DNA of 62,548 nt, the filler included. It is 13 parts of 13 records of this genome, joined end to end, with 100 filler letters (N's around TTAATTAATTAA, not from the genome) between each part and the next. Parts side by side here need not be neighbours in the genome. Positions count along the whole stretch, not along the records: positions 47,210 to 55,000 come from SRR7504441_14879; positions 55,101 to 59,337 come from SRR7504441_14882; positions 59,438 to 62,548 come from SRR7504441_14884; 10 more parts are not named here. One strand, written 5' to 3'. Under the pieces are notes generated by a model that saw nothing but the letters and a program-made list of their open reading frames with translations, searched no databases and was not told the DNA's origin. Shown piece after piece: positions 47,602 through 59,759 of the stretch (positions within the stretch are counted from its first letter, which is position 1; each line of letters begins with the position of its first letter). The position numbers were made by a program, and so were the translations under genes.

Positions 47602-48477
47602 TCAGGTCTCAAGCGGAACAAGCATGTTATAATGTCCGCCTCCCCAGCACTGGAACACCCTAATTGGATCCGTGGCACGCTCCCTTGCCGCCGATGCCGG
47701 CGTGAGCTCAAAGTATGGTTGCAACTGGCCGGCCACCACACAACACGCCTCCCCCATAGCATGATCGTTCCCCCACAGCTGCATTCTCCGACCGAGTGCC
47801 TCACCCAGAGCCCACGCCTCAGATGTGCCGGCGTAGGTCCCAAGCTTGGCCTCTTTTGCCAAGTACTCGCCCCACCTCTCAGCGATGAACTGCCGCCTGG
47901 CATCGATGGCCCATTCGCGTAATTTCGGCTGGACCTCACGCTTGCCCCATCCGAGCAGCTCTTGTGCCATGTCTAAGAACAACTCGTCCAGCCACGCGCG
48001 GAGATCACTTTGGGCGAGAACCTCGTCGTCCAGACTAGGTCCCGCAGCGGAGAGCCATTCCACCTCCTGCGCAACACAGATCGCCCGCAGCGCCGCAGCG
48101 CGTCGCGGCCGGGCCATATCCCCCCACGCGTCCCCCACCTGCGTAAGCCGGTCTATGCGGGCCGCCAGACCGTCGATACGAGCCAGTCCGGGTCGGCCGG
48201 CCAGCAGGGCCACAGCGTGCGCCACGTCAGTCGGACGCACCTGGTCGGCCATCGAGAGGAAGAGGCAGTTGCCTCCGCCGCCGCACTCGCGGAGCTCGAG
48301 CCCGCGTTGCTGGCCGAGCATGTCTGCGAGCTGATCGTCGGCCAGCACCAGTCGCTCCACCTGGAGCTCTTCCTCGCCGGGGGCCGCCTGCAGCCTGGCC
48401 GTGCTCCCAACGCACCCGGCGAGGTCTGCAGCCCGCTCGAGGCCCGCAGAACCGGCTCTGGCCGGTGACAGATCCAT
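47602..48477 (-). CDS. OTU-family cysteine protease (deubiquitinase-like)
   Basis: GGGNCLFLSMADQ, GTYAGTSE, GGHYNML. Confidence 0.8.
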   Translation of the reverse strand: MDLSPARAGSAGLERAADLAGCVGSTARLQAAPGEEELQVERLVLADDQLADMLGQQRGLELRECGGGGNCLFLSMADQVRPTDVAHAVALLAGRPGLARIDGLAARIDRLTQVGDAWGDMARPRRAAALRAICVAQEVEWLSAAGPSLDDEVLAQSDLRAWLDELFLDMAQELLGWGKREVQPKLREWAIDARRQFIAERWGEYLAKEAKLGTYAGTSEAWALGEALGRRMQLWGNDHAMGEACCVVAGQLQPYFELTPASAARERATDPIRVFQCWGGGHYNMLVPLET

Positions 48478-48767
48478 TTCTCCCGGCTGCTGCCGAGCAG
48501 CTCGCTCGGGCCGCCCGAGCAGATCTGAAAAGTCGTTGAAACGGACATATACCGGTAAAGGAAGGATGAGCTACTGAAGTACAATCGTACGAGGTGTACG
48601 TATTTAACGTATTACCTACGTACTCAGTCTGATGAGACCTCCTACGGCAACCACACAGCGAAACTGCGATACTAATTCACTAGTTCGATTCAAACACTAT
48701 CATAGTTTGTGTGTATTTGAATCATTTGGAGGCTTTTCAGATTGTAGAACAATTGGAACGAATATCC

Positions 48768-49863
48768 CTAGTACATAATGTCCCATAGCCTGTAGGCTCT
48801 CAGCGTCCATATTTCTCCCAGTTGGCGCGCTTCCTCTCCCACTTTTTCTCCCGAAACTTTTGCTGTGCCTGCACCCCCCTCAGCCCCAAGCCCGGGCCAA
48901 TCGCACCATGTACGCTTCCTTGCCGCCCTGCGACTCGATGAAGTCATCCCGCTCCTTTTGCCACTTGACAAACTCCTCCTGTCCGCCGTTGGCACAAGCC
49001 CCGCGAGCAGTCGCACGTGGGTCCAGCTGAGCTCGATGCACTTCCAATACTCGAGCTCGAAATCGCCCATCTCACGCCCGAGCAAATTCTGCTCGACAAA
49101 CCAACGGAGCAGGTGCCACAAGTGCCGCGGGACCGTCAACGGCAGGAACGGCAGCCGGAAGAACAGGCAGTTCTCGATGTTGGGCGGCTCGGCCCCAGTG
49201 ATAACCACAGTCTTGCCCTCACGCCTCGCGCGTTCGAGCTTGGCCTTAAAGTTGGGCCGGCTCTCCATCAGCGCCAGAACTTGGCTCTGGCGGTTCCACC
49301 AGTACAGATACTGCAGCACCGACACCCCAAACACCACGACCAGCACCAGAGTCCGGAACTGCATGATCGGCTTCTCGCTACCCGCCACTCAGCCCCGGCC
49401 CCCAGCGGGGGCGCACTCGAATTTGGGCCGGAAGGCCGAGGGCAGCTGGGCCATCAGCTTGTCGTACGCCTTGCGCCGGGCCTCATGACCGAGCACCTTG
49501 TACGCCGATGTGACTTCAACGAACTTTGCCTGGGCCTCGCTCCGGTTGTTCGGATTCTTGTCCGGGTGCCTGCCCCCGGGGCTCGGCCGGCGGGCGCAGC
49601 GAGGTGGTACAGCTGGAGCGACAGCTTGCGGTAAAACCTCTTCAGGTCCCGCTGCGGAATCTCTGATGGGATCCCGAGTTGGCCCTGGCCCCGGGCTGGC
49701 CGCCGGCTGCGCGGGCCGGGCGGACGTAGTAGTCGTGTCGGGACCAGTCCATCATTTCGCCGTAGCTCGGTGAGTACTCGTCCTCCTCCTCCTCCTCCGC
49801 AAGACCGCGCGGAAGCCGCGCCAGCGCCAGTGCGAGCGCCAGCACCAGGCACGAGCGGCGCAT
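48768..49863 (-). CDS. Membrane DnaJ protein (DNAJC25-like)
   Basis: Signal peptide; spliced DYYGQLGI...YRKLSLQLHPDKNP...KFVEVTSAYKVL...RKAYD, then TM segments. 3' end approximate. Confidence 0.85.
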
Positions 49864-49927
49864 GCTGGAGGCTGCAGTAACGGACAAACAGAGCTCCGAA
49901 TGCCTCCGTGCATAAGCCTGCGTGCAC
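49864..49927. promoter_or_regulatory. 64-bp bidirectional promoter gap with TAACGGAC
   Basis: Divergent ATGs at 49863(-) and 49928(+); motif at 49878-49885, identical to 26956-26963 and to the reverse complement at 23975-23982. Confidence 0.6.
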
Positions 49928-50956
49928 ATGGGCGGCAGCGGCAGCAAACCGGATGAGGAGACGCCCGTTCCGCCGGAGCGGAGCGAGGCGGCCTTCCGGA
50001 GCAAGTTCATCTCGATCCTGCGGGCTTACAATTGCTCAGCGTTGCTCGAGCCGGGGTGCGAGTTCCTGCCAGAGGACGCGCTGCCCAGCTACTCAGAGGC
50101 CGTCCGAGGGGTGAAGAAGTGGTCCAATGAGTCGGTCCCGGTGGCAGCATACCGGGCCGTACAGATCCAGCTGGCCGCATACCGGCTGCAAATCAGGTAC
50201 GGCGGGTATGATCTCAAAACCGATGGCTGGAGACACGCGAGGTCGAGCCACCCCGAGGACTGGGTCGACATTGAAGCCGCCTGGGCGCTTCTGCCGCACA
50301 GCACTACACTATCTGATCCAGAGGGCAGCCGCGCTCAACTCGTGGAGGAGGCTCAAGCCGCGTACGTTCAGCTGTTTCTGGAGCATGATGCCACGTACGG
50401 CCCGGCACGATGGCGCGATGCAGGCCCAGAGCCGAGAGCGGCACCGATATGGAGCATGCGTGTTGAGCTCGATGACGCAAGAGATAGGTGTTATGAGTTC
50501 ACTTGGGGATCGCGAGTTCGTGTGCCGGCCGCCGCGCGAGCAGCACACGGGAACCCGTGGTTCGACCTTGCTGACCCACGTGCAATCCTGCGCCACTTTG
50601 ATGCCGACAGGCCAGATCGCCGGCTGATAACTCTTATCACCGGCCTGCGGAGTGCTAAGGGACATCCCCTTCACAGCTGGTCGAATCAGGTTGGGTCTAA
50701 TGTATTGGCGCTGGTAGCGGAGCTGGTGGCGAAACAGCGAATCGCAGTGGTTGAGAGAGCTGTGGCCGCTGCGAAGGAGGCAGAGCGATCATATATTGAT
50801 GCCGAGGTGCAATTCAGCCACAGGCTTCAGGTGATAGAGGATCAGAAGCGTCCTTATGTGGTCTGCAAGATGCTGGGAGACGTGAATGGTCGATCCGGCT
50901 TTGATTTAGTTGGAAGTTTGCGTTGGGACGGTGGCACTAGACTAGCAACTAAGTAG
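49928..50956 (+). CDS. Hypothetical N-myristoylated protein
   Basis: Intronless ORF starting MGGSGSK. Confidence 0.6.
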   Translation: MGGSGSKPDEETPVPPERSEAAFRSKFISILRAYNCSALLEPGCEFLPEDALPSYSEAVRGVKKWSNESVPVAAYRAVQIQLAAYRLQIRYGGYDLKTDGWRHARSSHPEDWVDIEAAWALLPHSTTLSDPEGSRAQLVEEAQAAYVQLFLEHDATYGPARWRDAGPEPRAAPIWSMRVELDDARDRCYEFTWGSRVRVPAAARAAHGNPWFDLADPRAILRHFDADRPDRRLITLITGLRSAKGHPLHSWSNQVGSNVLALVAELVAKQRIAVVERAVAAAKEAERSYIDAEVQFSHRLQVIEDQKRPYVVCKMLGDVNGRSGFDLVGSLRWDGGTRLATK

Positions 50957-51052
50957 CAACAAGTGAGTGACTATTGCACAGTATACGAGCAAGGGTTAAA
51001 AAGCATTGTCCAACATAACATGTACTGAATCAATCTTGTATCAGTCAGCTGA

Positions 51053-51113
51053 TCTAGTAAGTCAGCTGATCTAGTAAGTAATAAGTACTTACTAGATCAG
51101 CTGACTTACTAGA
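51053..51113. repeat. Perfect 28-bp inverted repeat with 5-nt loop
   Basis: TCTAGTAAGTCAGCTGATCTAGTAAGTA-ATAAG-TACTTACTAGATCAGCTGACTTACTAGA. Confidence 0.95.
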
Positions 51114-51236
51114 ATTATTTAATTAAGTGGTCTCATTCGTGAGTACTGAGCACCCTCTCTAGTCTGCGCGCATGGGCACCTCTGCGTATAAATCTTACAC
51201 AGTACAGTCTCTACAAATCAAGTGGCTATCCCGGTA

Positions 51237-53747
51237 CTATCCGGGGGCCCAACTTGGGGCAGGTGCGCCTTCTAGCGGCTGGCTTTCACCGCTTTCTACA
51301 CGCAAAACGTTGAGCACGGGGCCTCCAGGCCCGGCTGCTTCCGGAGCTCCTTCCGCACATGAAGGCCCTTCATAGTTTGGATCGCACGAATGCACACTGT
51401 GGAGATCTTCGCTCGTTCGAATGCGGTCAATGCATTCTTCAAACTTTAGGGCGAAGCTGTCTATTGTCACTGCATCTCCATCGCAGCTCTCCGGGTTGAC
51501 TAGATCACGCATTTTTGATGGCGGTCTCGCTTTCATCGCGAGTGCGTGACATTCATGGAACAATTCGGATTCGAGGCCCAGTTGTTGTGCAGACTTGGTG
51601 AGCTCATCCTACACAACACACAAAGGAGTCAGCTAGCCAGCAGGATAGTGTTTGCTGGACCACTGTGATCAAGCCATCTTTGCTCAGATCAAGCCCGAGC
51701 AACAACCTGTGCGGAGAGACTTAGGGGCAACGTGTATTACGCGCTGTGGGCACCGTTCGGTTTCACCGTGTCCGATCATGGCAACCTTCTCTATTCTGAA
51801 GGTCCGGTGATTCCTCTCCATATACTCATGAAATGCCCTACCAGCACAAATGAGTATGCGCCTTAGAACCAGCAAATGACCAAAAGGTCAACAACTCATA
51901 AAGTATGCGGCAGGCGATCGCGTAAAAGGTCCGGCCAACCTTGTTGCTGGATGGGCAGGTGCCACTCCCACCGTCCTCGCACTCGGCTAAAACGACATTG
52001 TTCCAGCTCCAGCCTACCACGATTCCGATGACCTTGGTTACGGCTGTGCGCATCCATCAGCCTCGTTGCCTGAAAGATGGATATCACCTTCGATGAACGT
52101 CTTCTCATCCTCCATCAGGTGAGCGTCAAACGGAATCAGGCGCTCCACAAGGCGACGGTCCAGACCCTGCCGCACTATGAGCAATCTCTGCCTTGACTGA
52201 AGGCACCTGGACCAGGATGCGGGTGGCTTGGAGCTTTTGGCTCAACAGCAAGGCGAGCCCTGTGACAACGACTGCATAGCCCACAGTCGTCCTAACCAAG
52301 TTCTTACAGATAAGAACACGCTAGACCGGGGGCCACCAGAGCTGGTAGTAGCACGTTTGAGCTGTGGCTGAACTGATATCACAACCAAATGCAAAAATGA
52401 ACCACACAATGCTAGTAAACTCCTGGACCGCTGCCCCTTCACTTAGAGTCAGCGCCACAGGGCCCTTGCACCCCAGGCCGTCGAGAATACCACCGATGTA
52501 ACGAACCGCTGGAGTAACGAGCCTAGAATGTCAGTAGATTGGGCAGTCTTATAGCATTCCATCCGAAGCAGCCACAACACAAGAAGTGACAAGCATATGC
52601 ACTTGGCCAGATAGACAAAAAAGTACTGCCACATGTGCCCGCTAAACGCCGGCTGGTGCACCGGGCGCCACCTGTAATTCCAGTTCCTGCCTCGAGTCCC
52701 AACCTGCCGTCGAGCTCGCGCCAGCAGGGTGCAAATTCTACCTCCATGATCGTTGGCATAGTAGAGAACGAAATCCACTAGAATGACATTGAGGATCAGG
52801 TTCAGCGCATACCCAGTACCCAACCCAGTCCCCACCCCGGTGATGCTCACCTCAAACCATTTATCCAGGGCCTTAAATCGCTTGCACTGCCACACAGCAG
52901 TCACGTGCCATCTTGCATCAGACTAACCGTGTGCGCGTGTAGGTAGTTCAGCAGAGTTGCAGCCAGCACTACTGCGCAATAGACGGTACCATATCTGTAC
53001 AGCGAATTCCACCTGTCGTCTAGGGACGGATTCTCGCAGTCAGGATCAGCGTTCCATTTATCTGCACCCCGGTGATTGCCCGCCTGAGAACCACTCAGCT
53101 CACAGCACGCGTAGCCCACATATGTGTAGTCGTTCCAGTATGCTGCTCCCGCCGCGACCACGTCCTTGAACCTGGGCCCGCCATCAGGTTAGCGCACGGG
53201 TTAGCCATCAGGTTGCAGCCGGGCTCACCCCCACGCGCAGAACATTGGCGCGGAAGTCCGCAGCAAAACGAGAGAATTCTGCCCGCCTCTCATACAGCCA
53301 GCCAACAACCCGGCCAGCAGACCTGCTTGAAGGTGCGCGGGTACGGTCCAACTGGGCAGTTCTCGCTTGTGAGCCAGAGCAGCAGCGGCGCCAGCAATGC
53401 AATGACAGACCCCCACCAGATCTGACGCCCGGGTGCCGTCAGCGGCACGACGGCCGGACGCGCCGGACCAGCCTGACATAGAGCACTTCCTGCAAGTCTG
53501 TCTCGGTCCAGCTCGAGTGCACAAAGACTTGCTTAAACACCATCAGCTGGACCTGGAACGCCACCAGGATGGCGAACGCCTTGCAGATGAACCCCATAGC
53601 CACTTGCCGCTTGCTCTGGTCGCCCAGCGAGCTCCCCACGACCCGCCCGTGTACCAGACGGCGCAAACGCAGGTGCGACGCCCGCAAGGCCGCGAGTGCC
53701 CGCTGCACCAGCTCGAGCTCATTGGCCTCGAGCTCATCGGCTTGCAT
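51237..53747 (-). CDS. Hypothetical multi-pass membrane protein, many exons
   Basis: Series of hydrophobic exons (e.g. GYALNLILNVILVDFVL, KVIGIVVGWSWNNVV) separated by short introns; no family recognised. Confidence 0.6.
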
Positions 53748-54104
53748 CAAAGCATCAGAGTCAGGAATCCACCAACGGCCGATTCGTACTGTTGGTCTGT
53801 ACCAAGTACAGCCGTACAGCTAGGATTCCTAGACTCCTAGTCTATACGCAGTACAGTACGAACTCGTAGTATAACAGTTCATACAGCATGGGCGCTGGTT
53901 GGGCGCCTGTGGGCGAGGCTGCTCTACAAGGAGTGACTGCAGTAACTACGAGGCTCAAGTACAATACAAGACAATGCTATGTATGCTTGACAATTGAGAC
54001 ATTTTAATCTGATACTGACGGCGTGATACTCAATGGTGATCCTCTAAACAGACTACAACATACTGACAACTGATGGCGACACAATGAATTTGGCCTTGTA
54101 GAGC

Positions 54105-55000
54105 TTACGGTGGGGCCTCGGGGGCTGCTGCCGGTGGAGCTGCTGACTTTGCTTTAGCTTTGCGCTGGACGCTGAAACCAATGCGCTTTGGCTTTGGACT
54201 CTTCGTGACTGTCTTCTTTGAAGCGTCGCCTTCGGACTCAGTGTTAGAGTTATCCTGCTCAACGGATTCGGCAGTCGACAGGTTCTTGAAGTTGTCTTTC
54301 CCGCCGGGCGACTTGAACTTCGCGAAGTCTTCATCGTCCGAGGAGCTTTCTGCTGCAGGGTTTGATCCAAGCTCTTCTTGTTCTCCTGGGGCGCCGCTGT
54401 CGGCAGGTGACGTCCCAAATGACAGGTCCACACGGAAGTGCAGAGGCTTGACAGAGAGTTTCGTACGCAAAGCGTCCCTACCAAAATCGGTGGGTTTTTC
54501 GCACTTCCAAATTTCCAGCTCGAGGTAGGCGCCACTCTCTTGCTTCTTGCTCACTTGAGCCAAGTCCTTGTTCGAGATGTAAGAGTAGCACTTGCAACTG
54601 TATTTCTTCTTCTCCCTCTTAAAGTGCCAAAATTCGAAGAAGATGGCCAGACCTGCACACGAAAGGGCTGAGACACTGGCTTCGCAGTCCGAGCTCACCG
54701 GGCCGCGCTAAGATTTGCTCTCGTGTGATGGGCAGTCTAATCTCTTGGTCAAAAACAACGTAGTTCGACCATGGCAGGCCGCCAGAAGAGTCGGCTCGGA
54801 TGGGGCGTTCTGTGTACTGTATCTGGCCCATGATCGCGTGTTCGGCGGGTGGGTCCCGACGTTCTACGAGCAGGACTCTAACATAAGAATGCTCGTACAT
54901 CGAAAGGGAAGTAGCATCCTTCAACCCGATCGAGCAAATCTTGAGGGCCACCTGGACGCCAGGCCCATGCGGGTGCAGCACATCAGGCACAGGCAGCCAC
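54105..55000 (-). CDS. C2-like domain protein, C-terminal part (5' truncated)
   Basis: YVRVLLVE...VVFDQEIRL...AIFFEFWHFKREKKKYSCKCYSY...LELEIWKCEKPTDF; resembles an AIDA-type C2 domain. Confidence 0.6.
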
Positions 55001-55100
55001 NNNNNNNNNNNNNNNNNNNNNNNNNNNNNNNNNNNNNNNNNNNNTTAATTAATTAANNNNNNNNNNNNNNNNNNNNNNNNNNNNNNNNNNNNNNNNNNNN

Positions 55101-55921
55101 AACCCATCGTGCATATTGAGCTTTACTACAACAGGGAAGCGGTCGCCCACAGCTTGCCTGACTGCGTCAAACACCTCGAGTGGGTACCGCACTCTGTTGG
55201 CTATCGACCCGCCGTACTGGTCTGTCCGGTAGTTTGTATACGGGCACAAGAACTGAGAGAGCAGGTAGCCATGCCCTACGTGCAGCTCTACACAATCAAA
55301 CCCAGCAGCCTTGACCAGTGCCGCCGCTGACCCAAAGTCTTGCCGGACCGCGCTAAGCTCCTCGGCGTCCATCGGCTTGGGGAAGTCCATCCCAGCCGGG
55401 TTGAACCGGCGCGAGGGCGCTAGCTGCTGCGACCCGGTCACACTGCGGTCTGCGAACGAGCCCGCATGCGTGAGTTGGATACTGATGGCGGCGCCGGCCT
55501 GGTGGACAGCAGAGGATAGCCTTCGGAGCTCGCCCAGCACCGGATGGCCGGGCCGGTCTACTAGCAGGATCTGTGAATCGAACGTGCGCCCGCCGGTCGA
55601 CACTGCCGCGTACGCCACAGTGGTCATTGCCACCCCGCCCTTGGCCACCTCCACGTGGGTCTGGATCAGCTCATCAATGCTGCTCCCACCAAAGGCAGCC
55701 GCCCGAATCACCCGGTTTTTGAGGACCAGTCCGCTGCGCAGCCGCAGTGGCGCCAGGCTCCGGGCGTCACGGCGGCTGGTGGGCAGCCGGCGGGCTACTG
55801 GGCTGCTGTTGCGCACAGCGTCCATGCGGCGCTGTGTCTGCCGAGCAGCGGCCTGGCGCAGGAGATAGAGCACCCCGGCCAGGCCGAGTAGCGCTGCCGT
55901 TGCGGCAGCCGCGAGCCACAT
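55101..55921 (-). CDS. NADH:flavin oxidoreductase (Old Yellow Enzyme family) with N-terminal anchor (3' truncated)
   Basis: LKNRVIRAA, IQLTHAG, AGFDCVELHVGHGYLLSQFL, RTDQYGGSIANRVR. Confidence 0.93.
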
Positions 55922-55989
55922 CCCTTCACAGGCCGACACAGGAGCACAAACTTCTTAGGTAACTGAACGGTCAGATCTGCAGCGTCGAA

Positions 55990-57227
55990 ATGAGTGCCGG
56001 CCCCGCATCTAAGCGCGCAAAGCTCCAACAGGATGCAGACCCGGGCGTCTACTACTGTCCGTGTGAGCAAGCCACGAGAATGGCGTACGATATCCTGATG
56101 GCTCACGGGGCTAACGAGCAGGTGGCTTCCGACACGGCTGAGTCTCTCACACGCGCGTCGAGGAGAGGGATAGACAGCCACGGGCTAGCCCTGCTGCCGC
56201 GCATCCTTGAGCGCAAAGCTGCGGGCACTTCACAGTTGACCAGGCCTTGCGCCACCGTGCTCGACGCCCCGGCGCTGGCGGTGCTCGACGCCCAGAGCGC
56301 TCCCGGGCAGCACGCATGCCTCCACGCTGCCAAAACCGCCGTCACCAAAGCGCAGGCCTGCGGGCTTGCATTGGTGACAGTCAAGAACAGCACACACTTC
56401 GGTGCCACTGCTGCCTTCCTGGAAGAGCTCTTGGCGGCTTCAATGGTCGGCATCGTGGGCTCGAACAGCACCCCCTCGATGGCGATCCTCGGGAGCAGCA
56501 CCCCCAACATCGGCAACTGTCCGTTTGGCTTCTGTGCGCCGGTCGCAGACGGGCCCGACTTTGTGTTTGACTTCTGCTGCGCCGTCATGTCGTTCGGGTA
56601 TTCGCGACCGGTCTACAGCTGATCGGCTGCTTGGTGCGCAGGAAGCTCAACCGTTTGAAAGCAGCGGGGGAGACCATCCCTGCAGGCGCCTTCCTGCAGG
56701 CCGACAACGCCAATTCGGGGATCACTAACAGCGCGGCCCTGAAGAATGTGGCGCTTGCATTTGGTGGTATCAAAGGGGGCTCGGTTGCGATGATGGTGGA
56801 GGTTCTAAGTGGCGTGCTCTCAAACGGTGGTAGACTCATGATTGTGTAGAGCTGCCGCCCTGATACTATTGCTCGCCTACTACTGTTCGCTAGACCACGC
56901 ATTAGCCTGAGCAGTGTGCTAGGCAACTTTGGCGCAAACGCGGAGACGCTAGGTGCCGATGGTAAGATGCTGGGGCCGAGTCACTTTGTGCTTGCTGTGG
57001 ATCCGTCCAAGTTCGGTGTCTCGGCGGACGAGTTCCGCGCCAACATGAGCTCGTTCGTGTCGGACGTCAAGGCGGGCTCGGAAGAGATCAAATACGCGGG
57101 TGAGAACTCGGAGCGGGTCCGGCAGCAAAGAGGCGAGAGTGGGATCCCGATGAGCCGCACACTGATAGCCGAGCTCGAGGGGCTGGCAAAGGACTCGGAT
57201 GTGAGGCTGCCTTGGACAACTGAATAG
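55990..57227 (+). CDS. Ldh_2-family (malate/L-lactate/sulfolactate-type) dehydrogenase
   Basis: RGIDSHG, VKNSTHFG, GNCPFGF, FGGIKGGSVAMMVEVLSGVLS, HFVLAVDP; two introns. Confidence 0.9.
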
Positions 57228-57309
57228 CCGCCGTACTGATAGCGCCGTGGCCAACGTACGTAATAATCAGTCGTCTGTATCTAATTCGCCCCAACTAATT
57301 AACCTTCTC

Positions 57310-59293
57310 TCATATAATAACTGTATTTGCAGAACCCATCGCGGGAAGTTCGTTGTGCTCTTCGCAATCATGAACACAGTTATCAATGACTTCGGTGCCT
57401 AGAGGATGTACTATCAGCTGAATTTTCGCGTCCTGCCCACACCGTTTTCATTGGGTTGCAAGACCAGCTTCACACCTGTTCAATCCCTGCTTGCTCCATT
57501 GTGACACTGCCCATCAGAGCAACAGTGCTAAATACGAGCTGGAGCGAGCAACCCTCTGGTGGAACCTCCACTTCTGACTTGACCCGCTCCAGCAACTCAT
57601 CTGCAGTCTCTAGCGCCCAGGTCTTCACCCGACAGTGTGTGGCAAGTGCCTCCCCGATAAGCACAATGTCCAGCTCTCGGGATCGCTCCACATACTTGCG
57701 CCGAGAGGCAAGCCGGGACGCATACCAGCGCTCCTGTGCCATATATCTCGATGCCACGATAGGCATGCAGCGGGCACCTTGAGTTTTGATACTCCACCGC
57801 AGCTGTCATAGCATGCTGCAATGACTGTGCCGAGCACAGGGACAGTTGAAATTGTTACAATGACTGGATTAGACAGTTCACCGCCATCTTTGGCGTTATA
57901 GAATGGCAATATGAAACCAATTGGAACAGCCCAAGATAAATATATCAAGCAGATTGCTTCCACAGAGGCTGGCTGCCTCCATGGCAGGCCACCAACCCTG
58001 GACAGGTAAAGCACTGCAGGGAGGCCGAGAGCGCTGAAGATTGACGTGCCGGTGCTGCAGCATAAAACATTAGCAAAGCAGCAAGCAGCATCGGACCAGA
58101 ATAGAGCCTTGACTGTGGCCCAATCAAACTGCTTGCTGTCACACAGAGAATGAGGATGGCTGTGCTGAGGCGGCAGGTCACGCTGTCGACAAAGGCACAA
58201 AGAAGCCCCATGGAAGTATCAACCCGAAGCAGCAGAAGATAGTCCAAGCCACCGCAACATGGGCACCAGTGTGAGGCTCGTGCACAATATCGCTTAGGCT
58301 GTGGTCCTTTTGATGGCACATCAAGCACGAGGCATATATGCCCAATGTACCCAGCACGAACAAGACTAGCATCGGCCAGGCTGTGAGGAACCACTTCCAG
58401 CCTGGCGCACAGCACCCATCAGCAAAAGGATATACACGCATGTCAGGCGTTTCTAGCGAGTCCAAGGATGTGAGCTACGCGCCTGTATAGTCGTGGTCAT
58501 CCTTCAAGATCACTTTGGTCGGATCTTTGGAACTGAACCAGCACCTAACCATTTGGCCCTCATGGTGGCGGCTCATCCACGAACTGATCTCTTCCGAGTT
58601 CGACCCAAGCTCTTTCACATAATAACTGACATAACAATCATTGCTCCCTACACAGCTCGTATCGCTCTGTCTGTTGTAGTATCCGCTATCTGAGGTCCAG
58701 TAGAGCAAGCTGAGCGTGGCACGTACACAGACAGCACACGAGAACCCGCAGTTATCGTATCCATACTCCACACAGACAGTCTCACAGGGCGGGGGTGGGG
58801 GCGGTGGCGGCGGCGGCGGAGACGATTGGAGCAGCGTGCGGCCGGTGAATTCGAGTAGATCCGGGATGTCGGTTTGGGCGTCCAGCTCAAACCTGCGCCT
58901 GACGCAGTCCCATCTGCAGCAGGTGTAGCTCTTAGTGCATTCGGACGGTGCTCCAAGAGTGCCGGTCTTGACGGCCTGGAGGTACTGCTGGCCGTCGTCC
59001 GCCTGGTACTGTTGTTGGAGCGAGCTGCACGAAGAATACTCGGTTTGCGAGCCACAGCTGCAAGAATGAGTGCCACAGCACACGTGCTCATATTCGGTGG
59101 CCTCCAGCACTCTACACATCCCGTCCGGGGCCGCCGGGTCGTACTCGAGGTCGACTTGGATCTCCTCGAAGTTGAGCCCAAAGAAGAATCCGCAGAAGAC
59201 GCCCAACACCAGCAGCAGCCCAACGGGGGCCGACCACTTGAGTGGGATCGATTGGAACAACACGTAAGGCCCACACACGAGGCACCTGGCCAT
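57310..59293 (-). CDS. Multi-pass membrane protein with Cys-rich ectodomain and C-terminal ubiquitin-like domain
   Basis: TM, Cys-rich loop with GRTLLQSSPPPPPPPPPPPC, several TM segments, then VKSEVEVPPEGCSLQLVFST...TMEQAGIEQ-DAKIQLIV. Confidence 0.6.
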
Positions 59294-59759
59294 AAAAACT
59301 GGAAACCCACATTCGCGGTCGCAGCAGGTGTCGCTGANNNNNNNNNNNNNNNNNNNNNNNNNNNNNNNNNNNNNNNNNNNNTTAATTAATTAANNNNNNN
59401 NNNNNNNNNNNNNNNNNNNNNNNNNNNNNNNNNNNNNATATTCAGGAGAGGCTGCGTTTTTCGCTGCTCACGGAGCCGCGATGAATCAATCATAAATCCA
59501 AATAATATTCAAATTATATTCAAATAGTATCGTGGGTGGACAGCCACTCCAAGTGCTAATTCATACCGAGTGCTAGTCTAAGAGGAGATAAATACTAAAA
59601 GTAGTTCAAGATTCATATTGCAACCCTATTGTACGAAAATACTTACTAGTAAATGTGTACATACCAGTACTGAAAGCCGTACACCAGTTAACTAGACTAG
59701 CTAGCACCGATCACGTCACGTAGTGCTGTCGCTTCACAGTTGCTGAAGTCATACACTAT

